A DNA stretch of 64,000 bases, taken from the NCBI GenBank assembly GCA_028826165.1, contig JAPDFW010000057.1, forward strand, positions 1 to 64,000. Direction: 5' to 3'. A model generated the notes under the pieces. It was not told the DNA's origin. It saw only the letters and a program-made list of their open reading frames with translations, and did no database searches. The DNA is from Anaeramoeba ignava BMAN. Its lineage: Eukaryota; Protista; Anaeramoebae. The position numbers and the translations under genes are program-made. Positions 1 through 12,889 of the stretch are shown one piece after another. Within the stretch, counting starts at the first letter, position 1; each line of letters begins with the position of its first letter.

Positions 1-830
1 AATTCCTTCTTTTCTCAAGTTCTAAAGACAGACCCACGGATCTACAACGAGAAGTGAGCATGACAAACAAACTTTCGCTCTTTGCATCTACGAGCAGGAA
101 AGCACCAACAATACACAAGAAACATTGAGTATCAGTGCACCTGACTTACAATCAGTGTGAAGTAGGGCTGTGCGCAACTTGGTGTCAAGCAATAAGTTTA
201 CATTGATGCTGCACACAAAACCATAAATCTGGGCAATCTGGGAAACGGAGATCATAGCACAAATACCGATATACCCAATTTTACCGAATTTTGAGTGTTT
301 TGCAATTGTGAGATTTTGTTCAACCCATCCTGTGTACAGATCTGGTCATGAAGTGTTTCCAACGTCCACATCCGAATAAATGAAGCTTTCACCACCTTCC
401 AACTTTGCGGTGTTGCCGTTATCATCAAACATACGTGTTGCAAAACAGCACTCTCATCCTTCTGAAGGAAATGTTCCGCCACTCAATGTATATTGTTTTG
501 TAATAGTTTGAAAGAAAATTCCGTTACTCTTGAAGTATTTTTCTTCAAGTTTTTAACACGCCGAACCTCTTGAAAAAGGTTATGTGCATGATTCCCAAAA
601 ACATTATATATTTATTTTTGCTGGCTTTTACTTCAACAACTTTTTGATTTTTCTGTTGAAGTTTTCTTTTCATGTGAAATTTTTACCTAGACCATTATTA
701 ATTTCATTTTAAATAATTTGTATGTATGTAAATTTTTGTGATGTAAAACTAAGTCTTTACATGTAAAGAATCTTGAACCCTTTTGCAGGAAAAATTGTTT
801 TTAGAAGAAAATTTGAATTCGGTATTGTCA
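1..830 (-). pseudogene. Carbon-nitrogen hydrolase (Nit1/Nit2 omega-amidase-like), heavily frameshifted, running off the window start
   Basis: Read across frames, the minus strand gives nitrilase motifs in the correct order: GFKI (~780), GGTFP (~480), FDDNG, KLHLF-DVDV (~365-390), FGKIG-IGIC-YDLRFP (~240-290), TDTQCF (~125-140), LVVDPW (~35-55). The dense indels look more like raw-read error than true decay. Confidence 0.7.
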
Positions 831-949
831 AAAATGAAAAACAGAAAAATAATAAAAATAATGAAAAATATCGAAAAATGAAAAATAAAAATGAAAAATA
901 GAGAAAAAGGAAAGCAATCGGAAAAATAATAATAAAAATGAAATTTATT

Positions 950-3612
950 CAAATTAAAAATATCGGAAGTAATGGATACTCTTTTGCCTTGGTATTTGCA
1001 TTTTTCTTCCTTACTAGGAATTCCTTGTTGTGAAATTTTTCCAACTTCTGTTTTTGCTTTCGAAATCTTTTTGTCTTTTGAGCGAAGATTGGGATTTTTG
1101 GAAGTGATTAATTGCGGATTTACAACCTGAAATTTGCTGAAAAATTTCCTCAATTGGTTGTTCCAAATTTGTTTTTCTAATTTGTGTTGAGCAAGAAAAA
1201 CTGAGAAATGTGATTTGAGGTTGTGATAAAGGAATCCCAATAGTGATCTAATTGTTGATTCGGAACGATTTTGCAAATGACATTTTTAACGGCGTCTTGG
1301 ATTTCGGAATAAGCCTGAGAATTTTCAGAATCAAAAGCGCGACTTGTTTGAAATTGTTCTTGATAAAATTTGCGCGTTTTTCTCGAGAATGTTCAGTTCT
1401 TGAGTTTTGATATTCAAATAATCCTCATCAAAAAGAGTTTGTGTTTGAATAATCTCGTTGATATTTGCAGTGAATTTTCCTTGAGTTGGGTTTCCTTTTT
1501 AAATCAGTTTTCTGCAAAAACAGAGGAATCATCTGTTTCGAAGAAGAGGTGAAATGACGCGCTGTTTCCGAGCACAGGATGATAAGAGATCCGCAACAAA
1601 AACCTTTCCAGCGCTCTTCGGAGGATTTCGCTTGATTCAGGATCCATTTTTTTGATCATTGATTTTTCAACAGGAACTGGGATGATAAAATTAGGTACTT
1701 CTTCGGTTAGAGATTTTCTGAGCCATAAAAAGTCCTCAAATTTGCGGTTGATCATTATTTGTGATTCCGAGAGATTTGCTGAAAAAGATACTTCGAATGA
1801 AACCGATTTTTTGCGTCCAGTTCCAACAAGTTGAGGAAGAGAAACATGTATTTGAGTAAACGGACTTGGAATTTTTTCAGGGGGAATTATAGATTGTGAT
1901 ACAAGTAGGTTTTCTGCTTTTTTTTCCTCTTTGTTTCCTGTTTGATTTCGGTAGTTTTCTTTTGGTATTCGTGATTTTTGGTGTTGCTTTGTTTGATCAT
2001 TACTTGTGTTTATTTCCTTTTTTGCATCTTGTGTAATTTGGATTGTCTGAATATTTTCGAGTTTTTTCTTGCTTGGTCGTCTTCTTCCTTTGATCCCTCT
2101 TGCTCTTCGTGGAACTGAAATTGTTTTACTTTGCTCCATTACTTTTTTCAGTGATGTTTCTTGTTCTAATGTTAATTTCTTTTGTGGTTCATTTTTTTCA
2201 GTTGGTTTTTCAACGTGATTTTTCTCTCTTTTTGTATCTTTTTCTATTACTTCTTTCTCAGTCTCTTTCTTGGTTTCATTTATATTATTTTTGGTCTTTT
2301 TCTTTTTCCCAAGATTTTTGAATAATCCAAATGATTTTTTTTTAAACTTTGCAAATTTTGTTTTGAAACTGGATTTTTCTTCTTTTGGTGCTTCTTTTAA
2401 TTCTTCTTTTTAATTCTTCTTTTCTTCTTCTTTTAATTCTTCTTTTTTTTGATTCTTTTGATTTTTGAGTTGATTCTTTTTCTTTTTCATTTTTGTGATG
2501 AGATGTATGCTTTCGATGTGGTTTTTCTTGAGTTTCATTTTTATCCTTGTCAATTTGTTTTGATTTTGATTTACTATGTTGATGTTGTTTTTCTTGATTT
2601 TCTAATATTGCTTCATCTTTATTTTTGATTCAATTTCATTTTTGATTCAATTTTATTTTTGATTCAGTTTTTGATTCAATTTTATTTTTGATTCAATTTT
2701 TATTTTTGATTCAATTTTTATTTTTGATTCAATTTTATTTTTGATTCAACTTTATTTTTGATTCAACTTTATTTTTTGATTCAACTTTCTTTTTTGATTC
2801 AACTTTCTTTTTTGTTTTAGTATATTTTTCTGTATCTAAAATTTCAATTTCTGAACTATCAATTTCGGATGTATAAGTGTAAGTTCCACTATTTGTTTCT
2901 GATGTATAAGTATCAGTATCTGTTTCAGTTTCTGTTTCAGTATCTGTTTCAGAAGAAGTTTCAGAAGAAGTTTCAGAAGGAATTTTTTTGTTTATTACTT
3001 TTTGTTTAGGAATTGGTTTTGGAATTGGTTTTGGTTTTTTTTTTTGTTTTTGTTTTTGTTTTTGTAATTCTAATTCTTTTTGTTTTTGTAATTCTAATTC
3101 TTTTTGTTTTTGTTTTTGTAATTCTAATTCTTTTTGTTTTTGTAATTCTAATTCTAATTCTTTTTGTTTCTGTTTTTGTTTTTGTTTTTCTAATTCTAAT
3201 TCTTTTTGTTTTTGTTTTTGTTTTTCTTTTTGTTTTTCTTTTTCTTTTTGTTTTTGTAATTCTAATTCTTTTTGTTTTTGTAATTCTAATTCTTTTTGTT
3301 TTTGTTTTGTTAATTGTTTTTGTTTTTGTTTTTGTTTTTCTTTTTCTTTTTCTTTTTCTTTTTGTTTTTCTTTTTCTTTTTGTTTCTGTTTTTCTTTTTC
3401 TTTTTCTAATTCTAATTCTTTTTCTTGTTCTTTTTCTTTTTGTTCTTTTTTAGAATTCGAATCGCCAAAATCAAATCCAAGATCAATATCAATTAATTGT
3501 GTTGATTTTTGGTTTTTGTTTTTGTTTTGTTTTTGTTTTTCTTCTTGTTTTGGTGTTTCTTCTTTTTAGGTTGTTCAAATATTAAAAAATCATCAATTCC
3601 TAATAAATCCAT
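950..3612 (-). CDS. Sorting nexin (long K/E/Q low-complexity N-terminus, PX domain, probable BAR), multiple frameshifts; 3' end approximate
   Basis: ORF 1504..2139 carries PX motifs RKFEDFLWLRKSL..IIPVPVEK..RRALERFLLRISYHPVL..FHLFF; helical segments follow in shifting frames; ATG at 3612 (MDLLGIDDF). Confidence 0.7.
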
Positions 3613-3913
3613 TTGTTTGGAAACTTTTGGAACTTGTTTTGTTTCTTTTTCTTGTGTTTCATTGGTTTTGTTTGAATTCTTTGATTGAAATTTGAAAAGC
3701 AAAATTATTATAAAAAAAAAATTTTTTTTTGAATTAATTTGAAAAATAAAACAAGAGAATGATTTTAAAAAAAAGAATGATTTACATTCCCAAGAAGAAA
3801 ATCGAAATCTTTATCGAAAATTCAATAGACATTAAAAATTAAAAATGGGAAAAAAAAATGAAAAAAAATAAAAATCATTTTTCTTTTTTTATTTTTATTT
3901 TAAAAAAATTAAA

Positions 3914-5693
3914 ATGAATGAAATTTTATTTTTTGGACAAAATCATCTTTCAACTCTTTTAAAAAATGAACCGAAAATAATTTTCAAACCAATTCACATT
4001 AATTTTGTTGATAAAGATGGAAACGAAATTGAAAGAAAAATTAAAAAAATTTCAACAGGTTATTTTTCAACAATTTTCCTTTTTGAAGATGGAGAAGTAA
4101 TTGAAGAAAGAAGATCAACTGAAACATCCAGAATTGAATTTTCTAATATTAAAGATGTTGAAATTGGTTATCGGAATCAAGCCATTTTAACTTATGAAGG
4201 AAATGTATTTGCAAAAGGAAAAGATATTAATCCAGAAAATCCAAATGAATTTATCAATATTTCATCATTAATTGAAGATCCAAATGGTAGAATAATTCAA
4301 GATATTGTTTGCAGCTCTCAATCAATTTATTTACTCAATTCAAAAGGAAATGCTTATGGAATTGGTGATAATTTATATGGTCAACTTGGTTTTGATTCGT
4401 TCAAAAAAGCACAGAAAAACCAATTTTAATGATGAAAAATGTTTCTAAAATGTTTTCAGGAAAAATTTGCAGATCATGCTTTTCTTTTAAATTCAAATCA
4501 AGAATTATTTGGCTTTGGAAATAACGCAACAGGCCAAATTGGATTAGGGAGAAGAAGCAACAATAACAAGATCAGTGAAAAATTTGCGAAATTGAAAAAA
4601 AAAATTCCAAAAGGCAAAATAATTGATATTCAATGTGGATATTCTCATTCAATAATGTTGATTGAGGATCAAAATGAAGATCAAAATGAAGATCCAAAAA
4701 GAAAACTTTATTCATGTGGAAATTATGCATATAATGGGCTTGATAAAAAGACAACATGAAAGCAAATTTACTGAAATCACATCACCTTTATTTGATGATA
4801 ACAGTATTCTTGAAATTTCTGTTGGAAGATATCATACTTTGATTTTAACAACTAATAAGAAATTGTTAGGTTTCGGGAGTAATGATTATGGTCAATTGAG
4901 ATTTGAGAATACAGCTCCACAACCAATACCAATTCAAATTGATCTTCCTTATTTGGCATTTGAAGATATTTCTAATTATCGTATTTGTTGTGGATATTCT
5001 AATTCATTTCTTTACTATTCTCTTTCTTTTTCCAATCTTGAAGAAGATTTGATAAAACTATGTAAAAGAAAAGAATTTTGTGATATTTCATTTAAAACTC
5101 AAGATGGAGAAATAATTGAAGCTCATAAATTAATATTAAAATATAGATTAAAAGATCAAAATGAAAATCAAATTGAAAAACTTAAACAAATTATTTCACA
5201 AAAATCAATTCAAGAATCAAATCAAATATTTGAAATGATTTATTCAAATAATTCCAAAATAAATCCAAAATTATATTCTGAAATTAAAGAAATTATAAAT
5301 TCCAATGAAAAAATTGAAGAAACAATGAAAAGAATTTATTTAAATGAAAATGAAAATGAAAATGAAAAAGATTTTATAATTGAAAGAAAAGAAAAACAAT
5401 ATAAATTTCCTAAATTGATATTAATAATGAGAAGTGAGTTATATCGAGGAATGTTTTTATCTGTAACAGATGATACTTCTAATAAAGTTACAGATTATAG
5501 TGAATTGAGTAATGAATCATTTCAAATATTAGAATATTGGATTTATTCAAATCAAATTAAAGAAGGAATTCAAATTACAAAAGAAATAATTGATGAACTT
5601 GAAACAGGAATTGATTATTTTCAATTAAACCAAACAAATCCAAATTTATTGGATTTATTAATTAACAAATTTCAAAATCAAAATCAAAATTAA
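3914..5693 (+). CDS. RCC1-repeat / tandem BTB protein, copy A (two frameshifts, near 4420 and 4750)
   Basis: Three overlapping ORFs collinear with the intact 9195..10988 paralog; GxNxxGQLG and IQCGYSHS repeats; FCDISF..AHKLIL and RSELYRGMFLSV BTB motifs. Confidence 0.85.
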
Positions 5694-5830
5694 AATTAAA
5701 ATCAAAATCAAAATCAAAATCAAAATCAAAATTAAAATCAAAATCAAAATCAAAATCAAAATCAAAATCAAAATTAAAATTAAAATCCATTTATAAAATT
5801 AAAATTAAAATTAAAATTAAAATTAAAATT
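5694..5830 (+). repeat. (AAAATC/AAAATT)n hexamer tract
   Basis: Directly visible; continues the NQNQ codons past the stop. Confidence 0.95.
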
Positions 5831-5923
5831 AAAAAGAAAATTTGATTCAAAAAGAAAATTGGTATTTGAAGTAAAAAATTCAAAATAAAAAATTCATTTT
5901 TCGTTTTTTTATTTTTTTTTAAA

Positions 5924-8900
5924 ATGAGCAAAAAAGAAACTGAAATAAGCACAACACAACCTTTACAAATTTTCACAGAACATAACTCTGAAGTTCGTTG
6001 TTTATATGTAGAAAATGATTTCCTTTATTCTGGTGGATTTGGGAATCAAATTATGAAACACAAAATGACTGTAAATTTATTTAATAAATATTTTTCTTTT
6101 TATCAAATTCAAAAAACAAATTTTTTTGTGAAGTCTGATTCATTAGAAAAAATTTGGGAAGCAAAAACAACAAGTTATGTTTTTTCTTTAACAATTCATT
6201 TAGGAGATCTTTATTCAACTGGTTCCGATATTCGTTGTTTCAAAACATCAGTAAAATTATAATTTATTTGGAAAAGGAAATAATTTGAACATTTTTTTTA
6301 TCTTTATGCTTTTTTATTATTTTTAAGACTGGAAATTTAAATTGGTCTTATAAAACAGAATCAACATCTTATTTATACACAGGTATTGGTTATAAATCTT
6401 GGTTACTTATTGGAGGTGATGATAAATACTTGAGAAAATTCGAAATTGTAAATATTTCATTTTTTATTGAATTGAATTAAAAATTATTTTTTTCCGTTTT
6501 AATATTTTTAATTCAAAGAAAAAAAGTGGATTATATCCTCTTCAAAAAGAATTTAATACTTTTAGTATTTGGGGATTAAAAATATATAATGACAGATTAT
6601 ATTCTTCAGATGAACACGGAGATATCAAAGAATGGGATTTAAATGTAAATGGGAAAAATTTCAAAAAAAAAAAAAAAAGCAAAAAATCTTTTTTGCAACT
6701 TGAAAAATTATTCAATTATTAATCCAAATCAGTTTCAATTCTAGACTCTTCAAACGCTTCGAGTATTCTCAGCAAATGACATGGGAATTTGGGCAATGGA
6801 AATAATAGATTCAGTAATTTATTCTTGTGGAAAAAATGGGTCGATTCAAAAATGGGATCTTGAAGTTTGTATTCGTTTATAATTTTATTAATGATTTTTT
6901 TACTAATTGTAAACAACTTTTTCTTTTGTCAATTAAAACAGACAGGAAAAAAGAAAGATAGATTTGAGGAAGTCCAAAAAGCAATAATTTCAAGTTATTC
7001 CGACCAAGATTTATTATTCACAGCTGGTTATTCTGGGGTTGTTTTTTGTTTTGATATTAAGGTAGAAAAAGAATGATTAAATTTTATTTTTTTTTTGATT
7101 TAAATTTTTAAAGATGAAGAAAATTGAATTAAATGAATTTTCTTTTTTCTCTTATCTCAATCAAAAACAAAAATAAAGACTGAAAAATGCATTGCCAAAT
7201 TTCAAACAGACAAAGATAATTGGTGTGTGATTGTATTAAAAAACAGATTAATTGCAGGAACAGTTTCACATAAGCTCTATATGTTTGATCTTTCTGTAAG
7301 AAATCAAAATTTAAGAATAGAAATTTAAGAATTAAAATTTAAGAATTTAAAATTCAAGAATTAAAATTTAGAAATTAAAATTTAAGAATTAAAATTTAGG
7401 AATTAAAATTTAGAAATTAAAATTTAAAAATTAAAATTTAAGAATAGAAATTTAATAATAAAAATTTAAGAATTGAAATTTAGAAATTAAAATTTAGAAA
7501 TTAAAATTTAGAAATTAAAATTTAGGAATTAAAATTTAGAAATTAAAATTTAGAAATAAAAATTTAGGAATTAAAATTCAGAAATTAAAATTTAAGAATT
7601 AAAATTTAGAAATTAAAATTTAGAAATTAAAATTTAAGAATTAAAATTTAGAAATTAAAATTTAAGAATTAAAATTCAAAAATTAAAATTTAGAAATTAA
7701 AATTTAAGAATTAAAATTTAGAAATTAAAATTCAAAAATTAAAATTTAAAAATTAAAATTTAGAAATTAAAATTTAAGAATAAAAATTTAGGAATTAAAA
7801 TTTAGAAATTAAAATTTAGAAATTAAAATTTAGAAATTAAAATTTAAAAATTAAAATTTAAAAATTAAAATTTAAAATAGAAATTTAAGAATAGAAATTT
7901 AAGAATTAAAATTTAGAAATTGAAATTTAAGAATTAAAATTTAAGAATTAAAATTTAAGAATTAAAATTTAGAAATTAAAATTTAGAAATTAAAATTTAG
8001 GAATAGAAATTTAAGAATTAAAATTCAAGAATTAAAATTTAAAAATTGTAAATTAAAATTTAAGAATTAAAATTTAGAAATTAAAATTTAAGAATTAAAA
8101 TTTAAGAATAGAAATTTAAGAATTAAAATTTAGAAATTAAAATTTAAAAATTAAAATTTAAAAATTAAAATTTAGAAATTAAAATTTAAGAATTAAAATT
8201 TAATAATAAAAATTTAAGAAATTAAAATTTAGGAATAAAATTCAAAAATTAAAATTTAGTAATAAAAATTTAAGAATTAAAATTTAGGAATTAAAATTTA
8301 AGAATTAAAATTTAAAAATTAAAATTTAGAAATTAAAATTTAAGAATAAAAATTTAAGAATTAAAATTTAAGAATTAAAATTTAGGAATTAAAATTTAAG
8401 AATAAAAATTTAGAAATAAAATTCAAAAATTAAAATTTAAAAATTGAAATTTAAAACAAACACAAAAAAGAATTTGGTTCCATGGACTTGTTTATCGCAA
8501 GATTTCCAAAATTTATTCACAAGACAAGAGTTATGTGATTGCACAATATCAACATTAGGAGGTTCTTTTGGAATTCATAAATATTTTGTAAACTCAAGAT
8601 TGAAAATTGATGATATAGATAAATACAAACAGATATTTTCCTCGAAAATAATTGAAGAGGCAACAGAATTTTTTGATTGGGTTTATAGTGGAGTAACAAA
8701 AAAGGAGGATTTAATTTCAGAATTTTTAAGACAAATGAAGATTAAGAATAATTTTGAAAAAATAAATGATCGTCAAAGCTTGTCAAATGATTTAAAAAAA
8801 ATATATCAGGATGATTCCACAAAAGACTTCACAATTTTTGTACAAGGAAAACCAATCAAAGTTCACAAATTCATTTTACTGGCAAGAACCGATTTATATC

Positions 8901-9124
8901 GAGGAATGTTTTTATCTGTAACTGAAGATAAATCTAATCAAGTTAATGATTATAGTGGCAATTCGTTTGAAACTGTTCATGCTTTGATTGAATTTTTATA
9001 TTTCGCGGAATTGAAAAAAGGGTTAAAAAAATCTGTTTTGAATGAATTAATTGATGCTCCAAATTATTATCAACTTAATGAAAATACAAAATTACTTTTA
9101 CAGATTAAAAATAATCGAAAATGA
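5924..9124 (+). CDS. WD40-repeat / tandem BTB protein, 8 exons
   Basis: About one WD blade per exon (HNSEVRCL..LYSGG, LYSSDEHGDIKEWD, LFTAGYSGVVFCFD). GT-AG introns include 6071-6133, 6251-6327 and 7296-8470. The last exon encodes LCDCTI..IHK and KDFTIFV..VHKFILLARTDLYRGMF. Confidence 0.85.
7310..8450 (+). repeat. Intronic ~14-nt tandem array (AATTAAAATTTAGA / AATTAAAATTTAAG)
   Basis: Directly visible inside intron 7296-8470. Confidence 0.95.
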
Positions 9125-9194
9125 ATTAAAAAATTTATTTTTTCATTTTTTTCTTTTCAAAAAAAATTAATAATTAAAAAATAAAAAAAAGAAA

Positions 9195-10988
9195 ATGAAT
9201 GAAATTATTTTTTTTGGTTCAAATCTATATCCAATTCTTATCAAAAATAAACCAAAAAAAATAACAAAACCAATTCAATTTAAATTTGAAAATGAAAATG
9301 AAAATGAAAATGAAAATGAAAATGAAAAACAAATTAAACAAATTTCATCACATTTTATTTCAACAATTTTTCTTTTTGAAAATGGAAAAGCAATAGAATA
9401 TTTAAGTGAGGAAGATTCAAAACAAAATCCTCAAAAAATCCAAATTAAAGAAAATATTCAAAAAGTAACTGTTGGTTATAAAATTGAAGCTATTTTAACA
9501 ATAGAAGGAAATGTATTTGCCAAAGGAAGAATTATTAATTCAAAAAATCCAAATAAATTTATCAATATTTCATCATTGATTGAAGATAAAAATGATAGAA
9601 TAATTAAAGATATTGTTTGCGGACACGAATCAATTTACTTATTAACTTCAAATCAAAATGCTTATGGAATTGGTTCAAATCTTTATTTTCAACTTGGATT
9701 TGATTCTAAAAAACTTAAAAAAGCAGAAAAACCAATTTTAATAATGAAAAATGTTTCTAAAATATTTTCAGGAAATTCTTCACTTTCTCTGCTTATTTTA
9801 AATTCAGATCAAGAATTATTTGGATGCGGAAATAATGAAAATGGTCAACTTGGGTTAGGAAGAAAAGATCAATCAATCCAAAAATTAACCAAAATCCAAA
9901 ATATCCCAAAAGGTAAAATAATTGATATTCAAACTGCAAACACTTTCTCAATAATGTTGATTAAAGATCAAAATGAAGATGAAAATGAAAACCCAAAAAG
10001 AAAACTTTATTCGTGTGGATATCATCGATTTAATGGGCTTGGCAAAAATGAAAATACTTATGAATTTACTGAAATCAAATCATCTTTATTTGAAAATGAT
10101 GATAATATTCTTGAAATTTCTTGTGGATGTTATCATACTTTGATTTTAACTTCCAATTCAAAATTAATTGGATTTGGAGGGAATTTATATGGTCAATTAG
10201 GAAATGGAAATACAGAAGATCAATTAATTCCAATTAAAATTAAACTTCCTAAATTAAGATTTAATGAAGATATTTTCAATTATCATATTTCCTGTGGAGA
10301 ATGTAATTCATTTCTTTATTACTATTCTCCTTCTTTTTCCAATCTTGAAGAAGATTTGATAAAACTATTTAGAAGAAAAGAATTTTGTGATATTTCGTTT
10401 AAAACAGAAAATGGAGAAATAATTAAAGCTCATAAATTAATATTGAAATATAGATTAAATCAAAATCAAAATGAAATTGAAAAACTTCAAGAAATTATTT
10501 CAAATAAATCAATTAAAGAATCAAATCAAATATTTGAAATGATTTATTCAAACAGAATTATAAATCCAAAATTATATTCTGAAATTAAAAAAATTATAAA
10601 TTCCAATGAAAAAATTGAAGAAACAATGAAAAGAATTTATTTAAATGAAAATGAAAATGAAAATGAAAAAGATTTTACTATTGAAAGAAAAGAAAAGAAA
10701 TATAAATTTCCCAAATTAATATTAATAATGAGAAGTGAATTATATCGAGGAATGTTTTTATCTGTAACTGAAGATAAATCTAATAAAGTTACAGATTATA
10801 GTGAATTAAGTAATAAATCATTTCAAATATTAGAATATTGGATTTATTCAAATCAAATTAAAAATGATATTAAAATTACACAAGAAATCATTGATGAAAT
10901 TCAAATTGGAATTGATTATTTTCAATTAAATCAAACAAATCCAAATTTATTTGATTTATTAATTAAAAAATTTAAAAATCAAAATTAA
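9195..10988 (+). CDS. RCC1-repeat / tandem BTB protein, copy B (intact, 597 aa, intronless)
   Basis: RCC1 repeats (GNNENGQLGLG, ISCGCYHTLIL, GGNLYGQLG) followed by two BTB-like domains. Confidence 0.92.
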   Translation: MNEIIFFGSNLYPILIKNKPKKITKPIQFKFENENENENENENEKQIKQISSHFISTIFLFENGKAIEYLSEEDSKQNPQKIQIKENIQKVTVGYKIEAILTIEGNVFAKGRIINSKNPNKFINISSLIEDKNDRIIKDIVCGHESIYLLTSNQNAYGIGSNLYFQLGFDSKKLKKAEKPILIMKNVSKIFSGNSSLSLLILNSDQELFGCGNNENGQLGLGRKDQSIQKLTKIQNIPKGKIIDIQTANTFSIMLIKDQNEDENENPKRKLYSCGYHRFNGLGKNENTYEFTEIKSSLFENDDNILEISCGCYHTLILTSNSKLIGFGGNLYGQLGNGNTEDQLIPIKIKLPKLRFNEDIFNYHISCGECNSFLYYYSPSFSNLEEDLIKLFRRKEFCDISFKTENGEIIKAHKLILKYRLNQNQNEIEKLQEIISNKSIKESNQIFEMIYSNRIINPKLYSEIKKIINSNEKIEETMKRIYLNENENENEKDFTIERKEKKYKFPKLILIMRSELYRGMFLSVTEDKSNKVTDYSELSNKSFQILEYWIYSNQIKNDIKITQEIIDEIQIGIDYFQLNQTNPNLFDLLIKKFKNQN

Positions 10989-11060
10989 AAATCCAAAAAT
11001 CATTTTTTTCATTTTTTTCTTTCCAAAAAAAATTAATAATTAAAAAATAAAAAAAAGAAA

Positions 11061-12822
11061 ATGAATGAAATTATATTTTTTGGTTCAAATAAAGATCCAA
11101 TTCTTATCAAAAATAAACCAAAAAAAATAACAAAACCAATTCAATTTAAATTTGAAAATGAAAAACAAATTAAACAAATTTCAACAGGAAATTATTCAAC
11201 AATTTTCCTTTTTGAAAATGGAAAAGCAATAGAATATTTAAATGAAAATGATTCAAAACAAAATCCTCAAAAAATCCAAATTAAAGAAAATATTCAAAAA
11301 GTAACTGTTGGTTCTGCAAATGAAGCTATTTTAACAATAGAAGGAAATGTATTTGCCAAAGGATATTATATTAATTCAAAAAATCCAAATCGATTTATCA
11401 ATATTTCATCATTAATTGAAGATACAAATGATAGAATAATTGAAGATATTATTTCTGGATGTTATTCAATTTATTTATTAACTTCAAATCAAAATGCTTA
11501 TGGAATTGGTTCAAATGTTTATGATCAACTTGGTTTTGATTCTGAAACACTTGAAAAAACAGAAAAACCAATTTTAATGATGAAAAATGTTTCTAAAATA
11601 TTTTCGGGAAATTCTTCAAATCATGTTTTTCTTTTAAATTCAAATCAAGAATTATTTGGATGCGGATATACTTTATATAGTCAACTTGGATTAGGAGAAT
11701 CAAGCAAAGAAGAAGTAAAAATCCAAAAATTAACCAAAATCCAAAATATTCCAAAAGGTAAAATAATTGATATTCAATGTGGATATTGGCATTCAATAAT
11801 GTTGATTAAAGATCAAAATGAAAATGAAAATCCAAAAAGAAAACTTTATTCATGTGGATATTACCCATATAATGGACTTGGCAAAGGTGATAATACTTAT
11901 GAATTTACTGAAATCAAATCATCTTTATTTGAAAATGATGATGATTATATTCTTGATTTTTCTGTTGGAAGATATCATACTTTGATTTTAACTTCCAATT
12001 CAAAATTAATAGGATTTGGACATAATAATTATGGTGAATTAGGAAATGGAATTACAAACCCTGAAAAAATTCCAATTCAAATTGAACTTCCTAAATTAAG
12101 ATTTAATGAAAATATTTCCAATTATCATTTTTCTTGTGGGAATTCAAGATCATTTCTTTATTATTCTCCTTCTCTTTCTTCTTTTTCCAATCTTGAAGAA
12201 GATTTGATAAAACTATTTAGAAGAAAAGAATTTTGTGATATTTCATTTAAAACAGAAAATGGAGAAATAATTAAAGCTCATAAATTAATATTGAAATATA
12301 GATTAAATCAAAATCAAAATGAAATTGAAAAACTTCAAGAAATTATTTCAAAAAAATCAATTAAAGAATCAAATCAAATATTTGAAATGATTTATTCAAA
12401 CAGAATTATAAATCCAAAATTATATTCTGAAATTAAAAAAATTATAAATTCAAATGAAAAAATTGAAGAAACAATGAAAAGAATTTATTTAAATGAAAAT
12501 GAAAAAGATTTTATAATTGAAAAATGAAAAACAATATAAATTTCCCAAATTAATATTAATAATGAGAAGTGAATTATATCGAGGAATGTTTTTATCTGTA
12601 ACTGATGATACTTCTAATAAAGTTACAGATTATAGCGAATTAAGTAATAAATCATTTCAAATATTAGAATATTGGATTTATTCAAATCAAATTAAAAAAG
12701 GAATTCAAATTACACAAGAAATAATTGATGAAATTAAAATTGGAATTGATTATTTTCAATTAAATCAAACAAATCCAAATTTATTTGATTTATTAATTAA
12801 AAAATTTAAAAATCAAAATTAA
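11061..12822 (+). CDS. RCC1-repeat / tandem BTB protein, copy C (frameshift in an A-run near 12520)
   Basis: ORFs 11061..12527 and 12517..12822 are collinear with copy B. Confidence 0.88.
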
Positions 12823-12889
12823 AAATCAAAAATCATTTTTTTCATTTTTTTCTTTTCAAAAAAAATTAATAATTAAAAAATAAAAGAAA

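Noticed and set aside
780-979. Minus-strand GTATCCATT resembling a U12 GT-AG donor
   Set aside because: No convincing branch site, the region is error-rich, and the downstream sequence fits better as the 5' end of the nitrilase gene.
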